Shown: positions 1 through 8,222 of the stretch, in pieces
Numbering within the stretch: the first letter of the stretch is position 1
How the letters are laid out: each line of letters opens with the position of its first letter
From: a bacterium
GTDB lineage: Bacteria; SAR324; NAC60-12
Length of the DNA stretch: 18,535 nucleotides
Assembly (NCBI GenBank): GCA_965233585.1
Contig: CBDDTI010000696.1
Coordinates: 1-18,535 of the forward strand
Direction: 5' to 3'
Position numbers and translations under genes: made by a program
Notes under the pieces: generated by a model
The model's database searches: none
Seen by the model: the letters and a program-made list of their open reading frames with translations, nothing else
Told to the model about the DNA's origin: nothing

Positions 1-339
1 TTGGCTTTTAACGAGATTAAACACATTTTCGATCGTTTGCTTAGAGTTGCAAAAATCTTGCAAAGAGCTTTTTAGGTGAGTCAGTTCTTGTTGGAAAATG
101 CAAACTTTGTCGCCAATGGCTCCTTGCCTTTTAGAAAATACCCTTGATTCCGCGTGATTCGAATCTACGTGTGACGATAACTCGTTCTTATCACTGTATT
201 TAAGTTCACAAAACGGGCACTTTCTTAACTTGTCGCGACCACTATGATTTGCTTGATTTCTGTGTTTTAATTTTAAATGATTGACAAGACGACTCTTTCT
301 GGAAAACGATATGTGACACGTTTCACACTTGTGCGTCAT
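1..339 (-). CDS. N-terminal 113 aa of a C2H2 zinc-finger protein running off the window; possibly the N-terminus of protein-primed DNA polymerase B
   Basis: Manual translation from ATG at 339 (in-frame TAA upstream at 358-360), open to base 1: MTHKCETCHISFSRKSRLVNHLKLKH...RKCPFCELKYSDKNELSSHVDSNH...NLVKSQ, containing two CxxC-x12-H-x4-H fingers. Not in the ORF track. PolB identity is inferred from context. Confidence 0.75.
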   Translation of the reverse strand, partial: MTHKCETCHISFSRKSRLVNHLKLKHRNQANHSGRDKLRKCPFCELKYSDKNELSSHVDSNHAESRVFSKRQGAIGDKVCIFQQELTHLKSSLQDFCNSKQTIENVFNLVKSQ

Positions 340-434
340 TCTTTTTTTCTCTCGCTTTTAAACTTTTTCTGAAAAAGGAAAAAATGATGTATCTTATAAT
401 CTTTAATATATACACACACAAACAATTGTTATAT

Positions 435-1205
435 TTACAATAAATTATTTGCACTTTCTACAAATTCTTGGACTTCAGTTAAATTTTTTTTATACAGATC
501 GCGTATGGAAGGGTTTAAAAATAAATTTTCCCCTTGCGACTCGTAAAATACGAGCAAGGGGGACACCTTACTTAAAATTTTTTTTAATTTTTCCGTAAAA
601 ACCTGCGGATCCGGACAGGGGCGGTTTACCCTCAAGTCGAGCCCCTCACTTATGACCCCTCCATTTACCGACACGCGCGGTAATCTTACCACCCTTTGCG
701 GTTCGGGGATGACGAGTCGTGGCGGTGCAGCTAGAAGCGGAGTTGTTATCGGTGCCGGACGGATCGGCCTTAGCTGAGCCCGCAAAGCCCTCATGTCACA
801 CAACATTGGGGATTGCGGGAGGGGCACAGCCGTTGGAGACATAATTGGTAGTCTCGGTGGAGCCGGAGTTGGGGGGCCCGGCAAGAACAAACCAGGTTGA
901 AGCGGACGATAGGGAGCCGGCATTGAATAGACCGGTGATGCCACGAGCGATGGGGAAGGCGGAGGGCTGTAACACACCGGTCTGAACGAGGTGTTTGGTG
1001 TCGAGGTTAAAAGGGGCTCAGTTCTAATTCGTATAAAGGAAGTGGAAAGGGAAGCGGGCGGTGAATTCGAAGGCAGCGCGACGGTGGAAGATGCGGACGT
1101 GAGCTCGACCGAGACTTGTTCCACAGGTGTCCTTCTTCCCAGTTTTATTTGGAAAGGCCCACACCTCTTAAAACCAATCAATCTTGATTCCCTATTTTTT
1201 GGCAT
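435..1205 (-). CDS. Pro/Ser-rich, largely disordered protein with a helical C-terminal domain; function unknown
   Basis: 256-aa ORF, GC-rich within AT-rich flanks, co-oriented with the zinc-finger ORF; no recognised family. Confidence 0.7.
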   Translation of the reverse strand: MPKNRESRLIGFKRCGPFQIKLGRRTPVEQVSVELTSASSTVALPSNSPPASLSTSFIRIRTEPLLTSTPNTSFRPVCYSPPPSPSLVASPVYSMPAPYRPLQPGLFLPGPPTPAPPRLPIMSPTAVPLPQSPMLCDMRALRAQLRPIRPAPITTPLLAAPPRLVIPEPQRVVRLPRVSVNGGVISEGLDLRVNRPCPDPQVFTEKLKKILSKVSPLLVFYESQGENLFLNPSIRDLYKKNLTEVQEFVESANNLL

Positions 1206-1242
1206 TGTCTAGAAAGCAGGGTGGTTGAAATCAGGTTTAAGA

Positions 1243-1345
1243 TTTTTTGCGTAAGCTCAATTTTGGGTAAAAAATTTTAAGACTTTGAGCACTTGTTAAA
1301 TTTTTTTTGCGTAAGCTCAATTTGTGTAAAAAATTTTTAGACTTT
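1243..1345. repeat. Two-copy direct repeat (about 44 bp, period 60) with core TTTTTTGCGTAAGCTCAATTT
   Basis: Copies at 1243-1286 and 1303-1345 read directly from the sequence. Confidence 0.85.
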
Positions 1346-1632
1346 AACCAACTTTATGTTTAAAAATATTTTTAAAAAAAAACTTCAATGTTTAAAAATT
1401 GTAAAGACTTTTTTGTCTACTTACGATTTTTTCAAGTGTCTAAAAGATAAAACCAGGATCTTTTCGGTTTCAGTTTAGATTTTGGAATGACTCCTTATCT
1501 CAAAAAGGGTCATTCATGTAAACTTTTTAATAGTAGAAAAAGGCGCAAAAATTAAACCTGGTTTTTTTCAAAAGATAATTAATTTTGGAGAAAATTTTAA
1601 CCTTTCTTGTAAATCCTTTTTATCCCCGCAAC

Positions 1633-1642
1633 CTGACGTCAG
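1633..1642. promoter_or_regulatory. Palindromic CRE/ATF-type site CTGACGTCAG in the divergent intergenic region
   Basis: Perfect TGACGTCA at 1634-1641 in a 1.1-kb AT-rich region between divergent genes; function is inferred. Confidence 0.35.
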
Positions 1643-2243
1643 ATTGTGTTTTCCGTGCAATTTTCCTTTATTTTTGTTCATTTTTCCGCACATGCATTAA
1701 GGCTTAAAGCAAAAGCGCCGAAATTGGAGCAAATTAATGACAAGATATGAGACAGTGTGTTTGCTAAAAATTGTTTTTTCTTTTAAACAACAGTCAATTT
1801 TTTAGCAGCACACCCATTAAAATAAATCAGCAAAAGGAAAAAAGATTAATTATTAAAAGGTTAACAATCGGGTCTTTGCACCCTTTTTTGCGGTCAAAGA
1901 AATAAAGAATGACAATTTTCTGGAAGGAAAATTAGCGTTGAAAACCATTAAGCAGAAAAACCATTAGCTCAAGTGAGAAAAAAAAGCACGTGCCAAGGAG
2001 CAGCATCTAAAAAGGAGAAAAAATTCTCCATTTTACAAAAGATGCCCTAATTTTAGGTCATTTTACCGACAAAAAAAATTTGAAATGAGCATTTTTAAAT
2101 TTTTTTCAAACCTTTATAAAAATAATTGCTTTTAGATTTTTCTAGTTTCTTCTAGAACTTTTTTTGCCTTAAAATGGGTTAAAAAGTTGACCACAATTTC
2201 ATCGAGAATATTCTAGCATTTGCCATTATACAAGTCAAAATAG

Positions 2244-2251
2244 TATAAAAG
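2244..2251 (+). promoter_or_regulatory. Candidate TATA box (TATAAAAG) for the 2333 gene
   Basis: Consensus TATAAAAG about 90 nt upstream of the ATG at 2333. Confidence 0.45.
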
Positions 2252-2332
2252 CCAATTTGCGCTTTTGGTGAAACACCAATAATAGTTTGACTGGCTTCAC
2301 ATCCACACCTAAGATAAAACATCGGTCGCGTC

Positions 2333-3546
2333 ATGGGTAAACCGGCTACATCATCTGAAAGCAATGGCAAAGGCAGCAAGACGATCTTGTACAAAAAAAA
2401 GGGGAAGTCTGCGCATAAAAAGGTCGCGAAAAAGACACCGTTCGAAAAAAGCCACGTTGAAAAAACGTCAAAAGTTTACACCAAAGAGCAAAAAAGTAGT
2501 AAACTTGCCAAATCCCGTTCGTCATCTGCGAACAAAGGACATAAGCAATTAGAAGATTCCGACTCAGACATGGAGAAGGATGAGGACATGAGAGACAACG
2601 AGAATTCAAGCGATGACGAGTCTGAAGAATCCGGCTCAGAGAACATGCAAGACGGCTCTGATAACGATGATAACGATGTTGAGTCTGATGCTGCCCAAGA
2701 TGATAACGAGGATGACGATGATGACGAAGATGATGACGATGCTCCGACTGATATTGAAGAACCGGAGATGGAGGATCAAAGAAAGCCGTTTTGCGCGAAA
2801 AAAAGACCAAGGTCCGATTCAGGCAAAAAGAAATTACCCGATTCAAAGAGGAAAAATTATGTCGAGCCGGAGCCGGTTTCGTCCAAGGTGGATGGGATTA
2901 ATTTGACAAGGAAAAAGCAAGAGGAGTTGTTTCGACCCTGCAAATGGGATCTTAACGAGCGCGTAAAAACCGCGGAGGTAAACTTTTCCAAGTGGCTTGA
3001 AAGCCACAGCCATCGCGAACAATATTTTATTGGAGACGACGGGGTGAGTAAAACAGTTCAGAATCAGCTCAGCGTATTTTTAATTTAAAAACTTTTCTGC
3101 GCTGTTTTGCTCAACAGTACATCTACCCTAATCCAGCCACCATGAAAAAGTTTATTGAGGCTTTTAAAAACAAGGAGGTGTCATCGCGATCGGTGAGCTT
3201 GCCTTTTGCCCCAATGAGCAAAGTGATTGCATCCAACCCTAGGATGGTAATTGGAGTTAGCGGCGTTAGGCATATCCAGCGTGCTGCGGGCCTTAGCGTG
3301 TGGCCGGTATTTTACGTCTCTAAAGAGCAGGTAAGGCGAAATAAAAATGTAAATAGAAAAAAATTGAGCGGAAAAATGCGTAAAAAATCTTTTTTCCCGC
3401 AGTATAACGACAACAACAAAAGCCACAGCACCAAGATAATTAGGATGAATTTTCCTCTGCACAAGTTGGATGAATTTACCGAGGGTATGGTGGAGCTGTG
3501 TCAAGGTCTGGATTTCCCCATCAATGCCAAACTCGGCGGCAAGTGA
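2333..3546 (+). CDS. Predicted spliced gene (exons 2333-3043 and 3118-3546, 379 aa): Lys-rich N-terminus, long Asp/Glu tract, globular C-terminal domain; possible nucleic-acid-binding or chaperone protein
   Basis: Donor GGG|GTGAGT at 3044 (phase 0) and pyrimidine-rich acceptor TTTTGCTCAACAG| at 3117. Splicing fuses the 251-aa and 134-aa ORFs in frame (...YFIGDDG|YIYPNPATMKKF...). Confidence 0.7.
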
Positions 3547-3669
3547 AGATGCGTGTGTGCAACCGCGGCAACAGCCGCGGCAACGGCGGCGACTGCAGCT
3601 TTGCTGCAGAACAGAAATCAGATTTGCGGCTTTTTATTAACTAAAACATTATAGGCAATTCTGTATATT

Positions 3670-4155
3670 CTAATAAAGCTTGACTTGCAAACAATTAACT
3701 AAATGTTTGACGCGTTTTTCATTTTCGCGTAAATTAATGGGATTAAAAAAAGTGCAAAAGTGCCGCGGATTCGCGTTTGCGTATGCATTGACAAACATGC
3801 AGAATGCGGCAGCATACCACCCGCAAAACAATGAATCGAAAGCTTGAATCGATCGGTCCAGGACATGTCTTATTCTGCCGCAATTTTCCCATTTTTTCAA
3901 AAAATGGATGAGGTGGTGATTATAGGCGGGCACGGGTAGTGCATAGCTGTCGAAATAATACAAATAGTTTTGCTTATTAATAAAAAAGGCGATGAAATGA
4001 CTGCCGGGATGGCTTGAAACCGAAAGATTGACGATGGCGCAACAGCTAGTGTTCCACAAGTTTGAGGGTAACGTGTCGACTGCAAAGGTGCCGATGAAAT
4101 TCTTGCAAAGTGGGGATAAAAACCGATCTAGAAATACGTTGCTCAAACCGGCCAT
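3670..4155 (-). CDS. Adenain-like (adenovirus/Ulp1-type, clan CE) cysteine protease for virion maturation
   Basis: Motifs IVN...GSHF (catalytic His), YYFDSYA (Asp) and IQ..DSLFCGWY (oxyanion Gln and catalytic Cys), typical of Polinton PRO. Confidence 0.92.
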   Translation of the reverse strand: MAGLSNVFLDRFLSPLCKNFIGTFAVDTLPSNLWNTSCCAIVNLSVSSHPGSHFIAFFINKQNYLYYFDSYALPVPAYNHHLIHFLKKWENCGRIRHVLDRSIQAFDSLFCGWYAAAFCMFVNAYANANPRHFCTFFNPINLRENEKRVKHLVNCLQVKLY

Positions 4156-5489
4156 TATCGCTCTTCGGCCCTAACAACTTGGCCGTTCTCCTCTATTTTA
4201 ATTCCGGAATTAAAAATGCTGTAGGCTAGCAGGTAGATGGGGTGAGGCTTGGCTGTTTTAAAGCCTAATTCCAAGTCCAACTTGCCTTTTTCGTCGGGGT
4301 GAATGTGAAAACTGTTGCAGCGATCGGGGGTCAAATCGGCAGTTAGAAAACATCTTCCTCTCTTAAAAACCGCGGGCGAAATGTCGCAAGAACTATTTGA
4401 AATGCCGAAACCCGTGCTGTCGTACATGTGTCTGTACAGGTCCATGTAGTTATCATCATCAAAATCCGGCTGAAAAGCTTTTGGGAAGACGCATTGTCCG
4501 TTTTTAATAAGATTGAAATAATTAAGATCAAAGTGTTGAAAGTCGAACGGGTTGAATTTGCTATCGTGCGTCAAGGCTTGGTTGTGAATTAGGGTGAAAA
4601 TAACTTGTTTGGGCAGTATTTGTGAGGCAATATTGGTAACGGTGTACGATGTGACGCCGGCTGGAATCACAAAAACCTTCAACTGACTCAGCTTAAAGGG
4701 TATATAGCAGGGCTGTTGAGACATTTTCATCCTAAAATGCTTTCTCTGCTGCTCGACCGGCAAAACTTTTCTCATTTTCAACTTTAAATCCTTTAAAACG
4801 ATTTTAAAAGATTTGTCATCTTCGGCGTGAAGAATACCGAATGTCGGACTGTTTCTAATAAGCTTAATCTTGATGTCGACATTCGGTGGCATATACTTAT
4901 CCGTATACATAATATCCGCCCCCAATCGAGAGCAGAAATAAACTTTTTTGCCGTGAAGTATAAGATTTCGACGGTGTATTAAACGCTGATTTATACCGGG
5001 CTCGCAAGCTCCAATATCGTTTTCTTTTTCTTCAAAATAACCTTCGGCTCTTAGCTGACTCTGTTTGGCCTCTCTATCAAACGACAACTCGGTCTGGATA
5101 AAGTTTTTGAAAGGGTAGGAATTTGCCGTGCTCAAGTCGCAGACTTGAGTACCGTTAATGTAGATTTCAACCGCGCTAAATAGATTGCTCGCGAAATTAT
5201 TGGCCAGAAAGACTCGATCGTCGGGTCCGACATTTTCATCCTTTGCTGTCTTGACAACGAAATGCCCTATTAATCTAGTCTGATCCAGAATGATGGAACA
5301 CTCTTCGTCTCGCGGGATGATGAATTCGATCGGTCCGGTGTTTGAAACGCTGGAAACGCTGTTGTAGACCACATCATTGCCTTTTTCAAGGCTTATATCG
5401 ACCCCGAGCGGCGCGTGCAGATCAAGAGCTTGTTCTGTCAAATCGTCCTGCTCGAACCCTAGACCTCCGATGCCGCCCTTTTCAGTCAT
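4155..5489 (-). CDS. Polinton-type double-jelly-roll major capsid protein, paralog 1
   Basis: Motifs GPIEFIIP, NNFASNLFSAVEIYING, YPFKNFIQTELSF, KYMPPNVDIKIKLIRN, LPKQVIF, NPFDFQHFDL, DLTPD, GKLDLELGF; 444 aa, next to the protease. Confidence 0.9.
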   Translation of the reverse strand: MTEKGGIGGLGFEQDDLTEQALDLHAPLGVDISLEKGNDVVYNSVSSVSNTGPIEFIIPRDEECSIILDQTRLIGHFVVKTAKDENVGPDDRVFLANNFASNLFSAVEIYINGTQVCDLSTANSYPFKNFIQTELSFDREAKQSQLRAEGYFEEKENDIGACEPGINQRLIHRRNLILHGKKVYFCSRLGADIMYTDKYMPPNVDIKIKLIRNSPTFGILHAEDDKSFKIVLKDLKLKMRKVLPVEQQRKHFRMKMSQQPCYIPFKLSQLKVFVIPAGVTSYTVTNIASQILPKQVIFTLIHNQALTHDSKFNPFDFQHFDLNYFNLIKNGQCVFPKAFQPDFDDDNYMDLYRHMYDSTGFGISNSSCDISPAVFKRGRCFLTADLTPDRCNSFHIHPDEKGKLDLELGFKTAKPHPIYLLAYSIFNSGIKIEENGQVVRAEER

Positions 5490-5558
5490 TGTCGAAAATG
5501 CATGCTAGTCTGTAGTTTTCTGTTCTTCTTAAAAAGAGGGAGTCGGTGGTGTGCAATT

Positions 5559-6899
5559 TTAATATTTTATTTTGGTAACCTGAAGGTTGCTGTCGATGGA
5601 AATGGCAGCATTATAAATAGCGTAAGAAATCAGGGTTAGGGGGGTTCTGGTGGGGGTGTTAAAAGTCAAGTCTAGTTCTAAATTTCCGGGCACTCCGACG
5701 TGATTGTGAAAGGATAGGCATTTATCCGGAGTCAGGTCGAACGCGAGAAACATCTGACCCTCTGTAAAAGCTTGGGGTGAAATACAATTTCTGCCGCCGA
5801 CGTTGCTTTGAAAATGGTCGTACAATTCCATATAATCGCCTGTAAGTATCTTGCATTCTATAGGTCTAGGCATGAGAAGTCTTCCATTGTTTTTTAAAAT
5901 GACGGATGCTAAATCGGCGTGTTTAAATTTAAAGGGAAATTGATCGCTCGGTCCCTTGGCAAAAAGGTCGCTTCGAAGCATGCAGAAAATAATTTGTTGC
6001 GGCAACATCTCGCTATTGTTGATGTGATTTGCAGAGAAACTAAGGGAACCAGACGGGATCAGATAATGCTTCATCTGCGTGTCTTTAAAAGGCAGAAAAA
6101 ATGGTCGACCTTTTAGCAGTTCGGCGTTTAGCCTGTTTCGCACACGCTCGCACGGTAACACTTTTCTCATGCGAAGTTTTAATTCCTTTAAACGAATGCG
6201 ATAGACTTTGTTCGGATTATCTTGAAGCAGCCCGAAACACGGGTTGAACCTGCGTAATACAACAGTGATTTCCACATTCGGAGGTAAATATTTGTCGGTG
6301 TAAAAAATATCTGCGGGCAAAGTTGAGCTAAAATAAACTTTTTTGTCGTTTATTATTTTCGCGCGATTCTCCGCGATGCATTGGCACATTTTACCGGTCG
6401 TGGTAATATTGTCAAAGCATTTGTCGTGGTGCGTTCGGCAAAAGCCTTCGGACCGTCCCACATTTGTTAATACATTATTGTTATAGGACAGGAGAAAGTC
6501 AATGTGGTGTTTGTACGAATAAGAAAGAGGGGCACTCAAATCACATATTTGAGTTCCGTTAAGGTGGACTTCAATTTGCGAGAATAATGCGGCGCAATAA
6601 TGGTTAGTAATTGTTGGCGTGTCAGTGTCTGTTACACCCTCGCCGCTGTCGGTCTTTACCACAAAGTAACCCTCTAGCCTTGTCTGATTTAAAACAAAAG
6701 CGCATTCGGGGTCGGAAGGAATTGAAAACGTAACATCTTCTAAATCTTCGACGGGAGTCACGCTATTATATAACACAGTACGACCTGATATTAAATCCGT
6801 GTCTTCGAGGGGGGTCGCATGCGCATTCAAACTATCACCCTGCAATTCATTGAAATCCACATTTAAACCGCCGACACCGCCATTAATCAACGATGACAT
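5559..6899 (-). CDS. Polinton-type double-jelly-roll major capsid protein, paralog 2
   Basis: Colinear with paralog 1 (LNQTRLEG, LFSQIEVHLNGTQICDLS, KYLPPNV, LPQQIIF, FDLTPD, GNLELDLTF); 446 aa. Confidence 0.9.
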   Translation of the reverse strand: MSSLINGGVGGLNVDFNELQGDSLNAHATPLEDTDLISGRTVLYNSVTPVEDLEDVTFSIPSDPECAFVLNQTRLEGYFVVKTDSGEGVTDTDTPTITNHYCAALFSQIEVHLNGTQICDLSAPLSYSYKHHIDFLLSYNNNVLTNVGRSEGFCRTHHDKCFDNITTTGKMCQCIAENRAKIINDKKVYFSSTLPADIFYTDKYLPPNVEITVVLRRFNPCFGLLQDNPNKVYRIRLKELKLRMRKVLPCERVRNRLNAELLKGRPFFLPFKDTQMKHYLIPSGSLSFSANHINNSEMLPQQIIFCMLRSDLFAKGPSDQFPFKFKHADLASVILKNNGRLLMPRPIECKILTGDYMELYDHFQSNVGGRNCISPQAFTEGQMFLAFDLTPDKCLSFHNHVGVPGNLELDLTFNTPTRTPLTLISYAIYNAAISIDSNLQVTKIKY

Positions 6900-7453
6900 T
6901 TTTAGACAACACGGAGCACGTCACTGTGACAAATATAAAGCTTAGCTGCACAATTATTCTTACGGATGAGGGGCCGTTATCCTTAAATAAAGATGTGTCA
7001 CAAAAAGTTTTTAGTAATTTTACTGTAGTGAGGAAACAATACGTCTACACCATTTTCAAGACCCGCGGAAACAACAAATCATATCATGTCAATATTACCA
7101 AAGTGCCGTCGCGAGCGGATATAAAAATATCGTTAAGTCTGCTGACGGACATTATCAGCAATCGTTTCTTTGTGCAAACATGGGAAATAAACAATTTAAC
7201 TTGTTCCTTTCGTGCGGGCTTTGAGATACCGCTGCCGGACGTTTTTGATAAACTTCGAAAGGAGAGCTACGTGAAAAAAGTACGCTTCAATCCCGAACGT
7301 TTCCCGGGCATGTTTGTGACTTTTGAAGCCAACACGGTTTTAATATTTTCCACAGGCAAGATGGTAATCATCGGGGCCAAGTCCGAAGATGCGGTCAAAC
7401 ATAGTTTGGACTTTATTATAGATTTTTTGAAACAATATAAAAGCGATCGATAG
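6893..7453 (+). CDS. TBP: TATA-box-binding-protein-like protein (divergent, intronless, core domain only)
   Basis: C-terminal repeat INNLTCSFRAGFEIPL...RFNPERFPGMFVTFEANTVLIFSTGKMVIIGAKSEDAV matches the TBP signature (Y.PE.FPGL....LIF.SGK.V.TGAK). The N-terminal repeat is degenerate (VTNIKLSCTI...TIF...HVNITKVPS). 186 aa is the size of a TBP core. Confidence 0.88.
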   Translation: MTFLDNTEHVTVTNIKLSCTIILTDEGPLSLNKDVSQKVFSNFTVVRKQYVYTIFKTRGNNKSYHVNITKVPSRADIKISLSLLTDIISNRFFVQTWEINNLTCSFRAGFEIPLPDVFDKLRKESYVKKVRFNPERFPGMFVTFEANTVLIFSTGKMVIIGAKSEDAVKHSLDFIIDFLKQYKSDR

Positions 7454-7471
7454 TTGATTTGCGTTTCAGTT
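7436..7471 (+). promoter_or_regulatory. TATA + Inr core promoter upstream of the TFIIB-like gene
   Basis: TATAAAAG at 7436-7443 and TCAGTT at 7466-7471; the Inr A (7468) is 32 nt from the first T of TATA; ATG at 7497. Confidence 0.6.
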
Positions 7472-7496
7472 TTGCAGCGCGTGCGGAGAAATAAAC

Positions 7497-8219
7497 ATGC
7501 CTCGCTTTCATAATTTCAACAGGACTTGTTCTCATTACAATATTGTGGATGATTTTTCAAACGGGTGTGAAGTATGTACAGATTGCGGGCTCGTGATGCA
7601 TGATCGGCTATATGCCTCGTATGACTATCGGCTCGAATCGATTAAAACGGAGAAAATGAGCGAGGATGTGACTTGCGACAAAAACAATTTTACTGATGAG
7701 ACAATGCAAAGGGTATGCTATAAGTGCAATATCGAATGCGCGGATTTAAAACGCGTCATCGCCAAAAAATGGGACGCTAGCGGGAAAAGAGGGAAAAGAG
7801 GTGTTTGTTTAGAAAGTTTAGCGGTAATGTGCATCTACTCCGCGCTTATAGAGTCGGGGGTGCCGCGACCGATGAAAGATTTATGTGCCATAACCGGCGT
7901 CAAGCAGGACAAAGTGTGGCAATATCTTAAAAACGACGACTCTTTCTACAGCCCAAATTTAATGTGCGAATATTTTCTTCACTCTTTAAATCTAAGCTAC
8001 AAGGAGTTGAAGGAAATTAGAGAGAAAGTAAAGCAACACGAAAAAAAGTTTGTTTTTTCGCCAAAAACACTAATCGCGGCATGCGCGCACGTCTTTTTAA
8101 GAGAACAACGGAGTAGGGTTGATCAGGAAAAGCCGAAAAGCTTATCACGTTTAGCCGAGCAATTAGGCGTTAGTCCGATGGCCTTAAGCAGGTGCGTCAA
8201 AAAAATTGAAAATTGTTAA
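7497..8219 (+). CDS. TFIIB: Transcription initiation factor IIB-like protein (Zn ribbon plus two cyclin-fold repeats)
   Basis: N-terminal CSH..IVDD...G.EVCTDCGLV zinc ribbon; repeat 1 LAVMCIYSALIESGVPRPMKDLC (cf. [20 protein letters not shown]); repeat 2 SPKTLIAACAHV...KSLSRLAEQLGVSPMALSRCVKKI helix-turn-helix. Confidence 0.88.
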   Translation: MPRFHNFNRTCSHYNIVDDFSNGCEVCTDCGLVMHDRLYASYDYRLESIKTEKMSEDVTCDKNNFTDETMQRVCYKCNIECADLKRVIAKKWDASGKRGKRGVCLESLAVMCIYSALIESGVPRPMKDLCAITGVKQDKVWQYLKNDDSFYSPNLMCEYFLHSLNLSYKELKEIREKVKQHEKKFVFSPKTLIAACAHVFLREQRSRVDQEKPKSLSRLAEQLGVSPMALSRCVKKIENC

Positions 8220-8222
8220 AGT

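Noticed and set aside
2179..3504. Alternative-frame and antisense ORFs (2179-2394, 2346-2846, 2364-2552, 2613-2906, 3181-3504)
   Set aside because: Shadows of the low-complexity GAT/GAC-rich coding strand.
6893..8219. TBP and TFIIB as ordinary host genes or an archaeal operon
   Set aside because: They are highly divergent, intronless and overlap or abut viral genes, in a context with spliceosomal signals and animal-type transposons.
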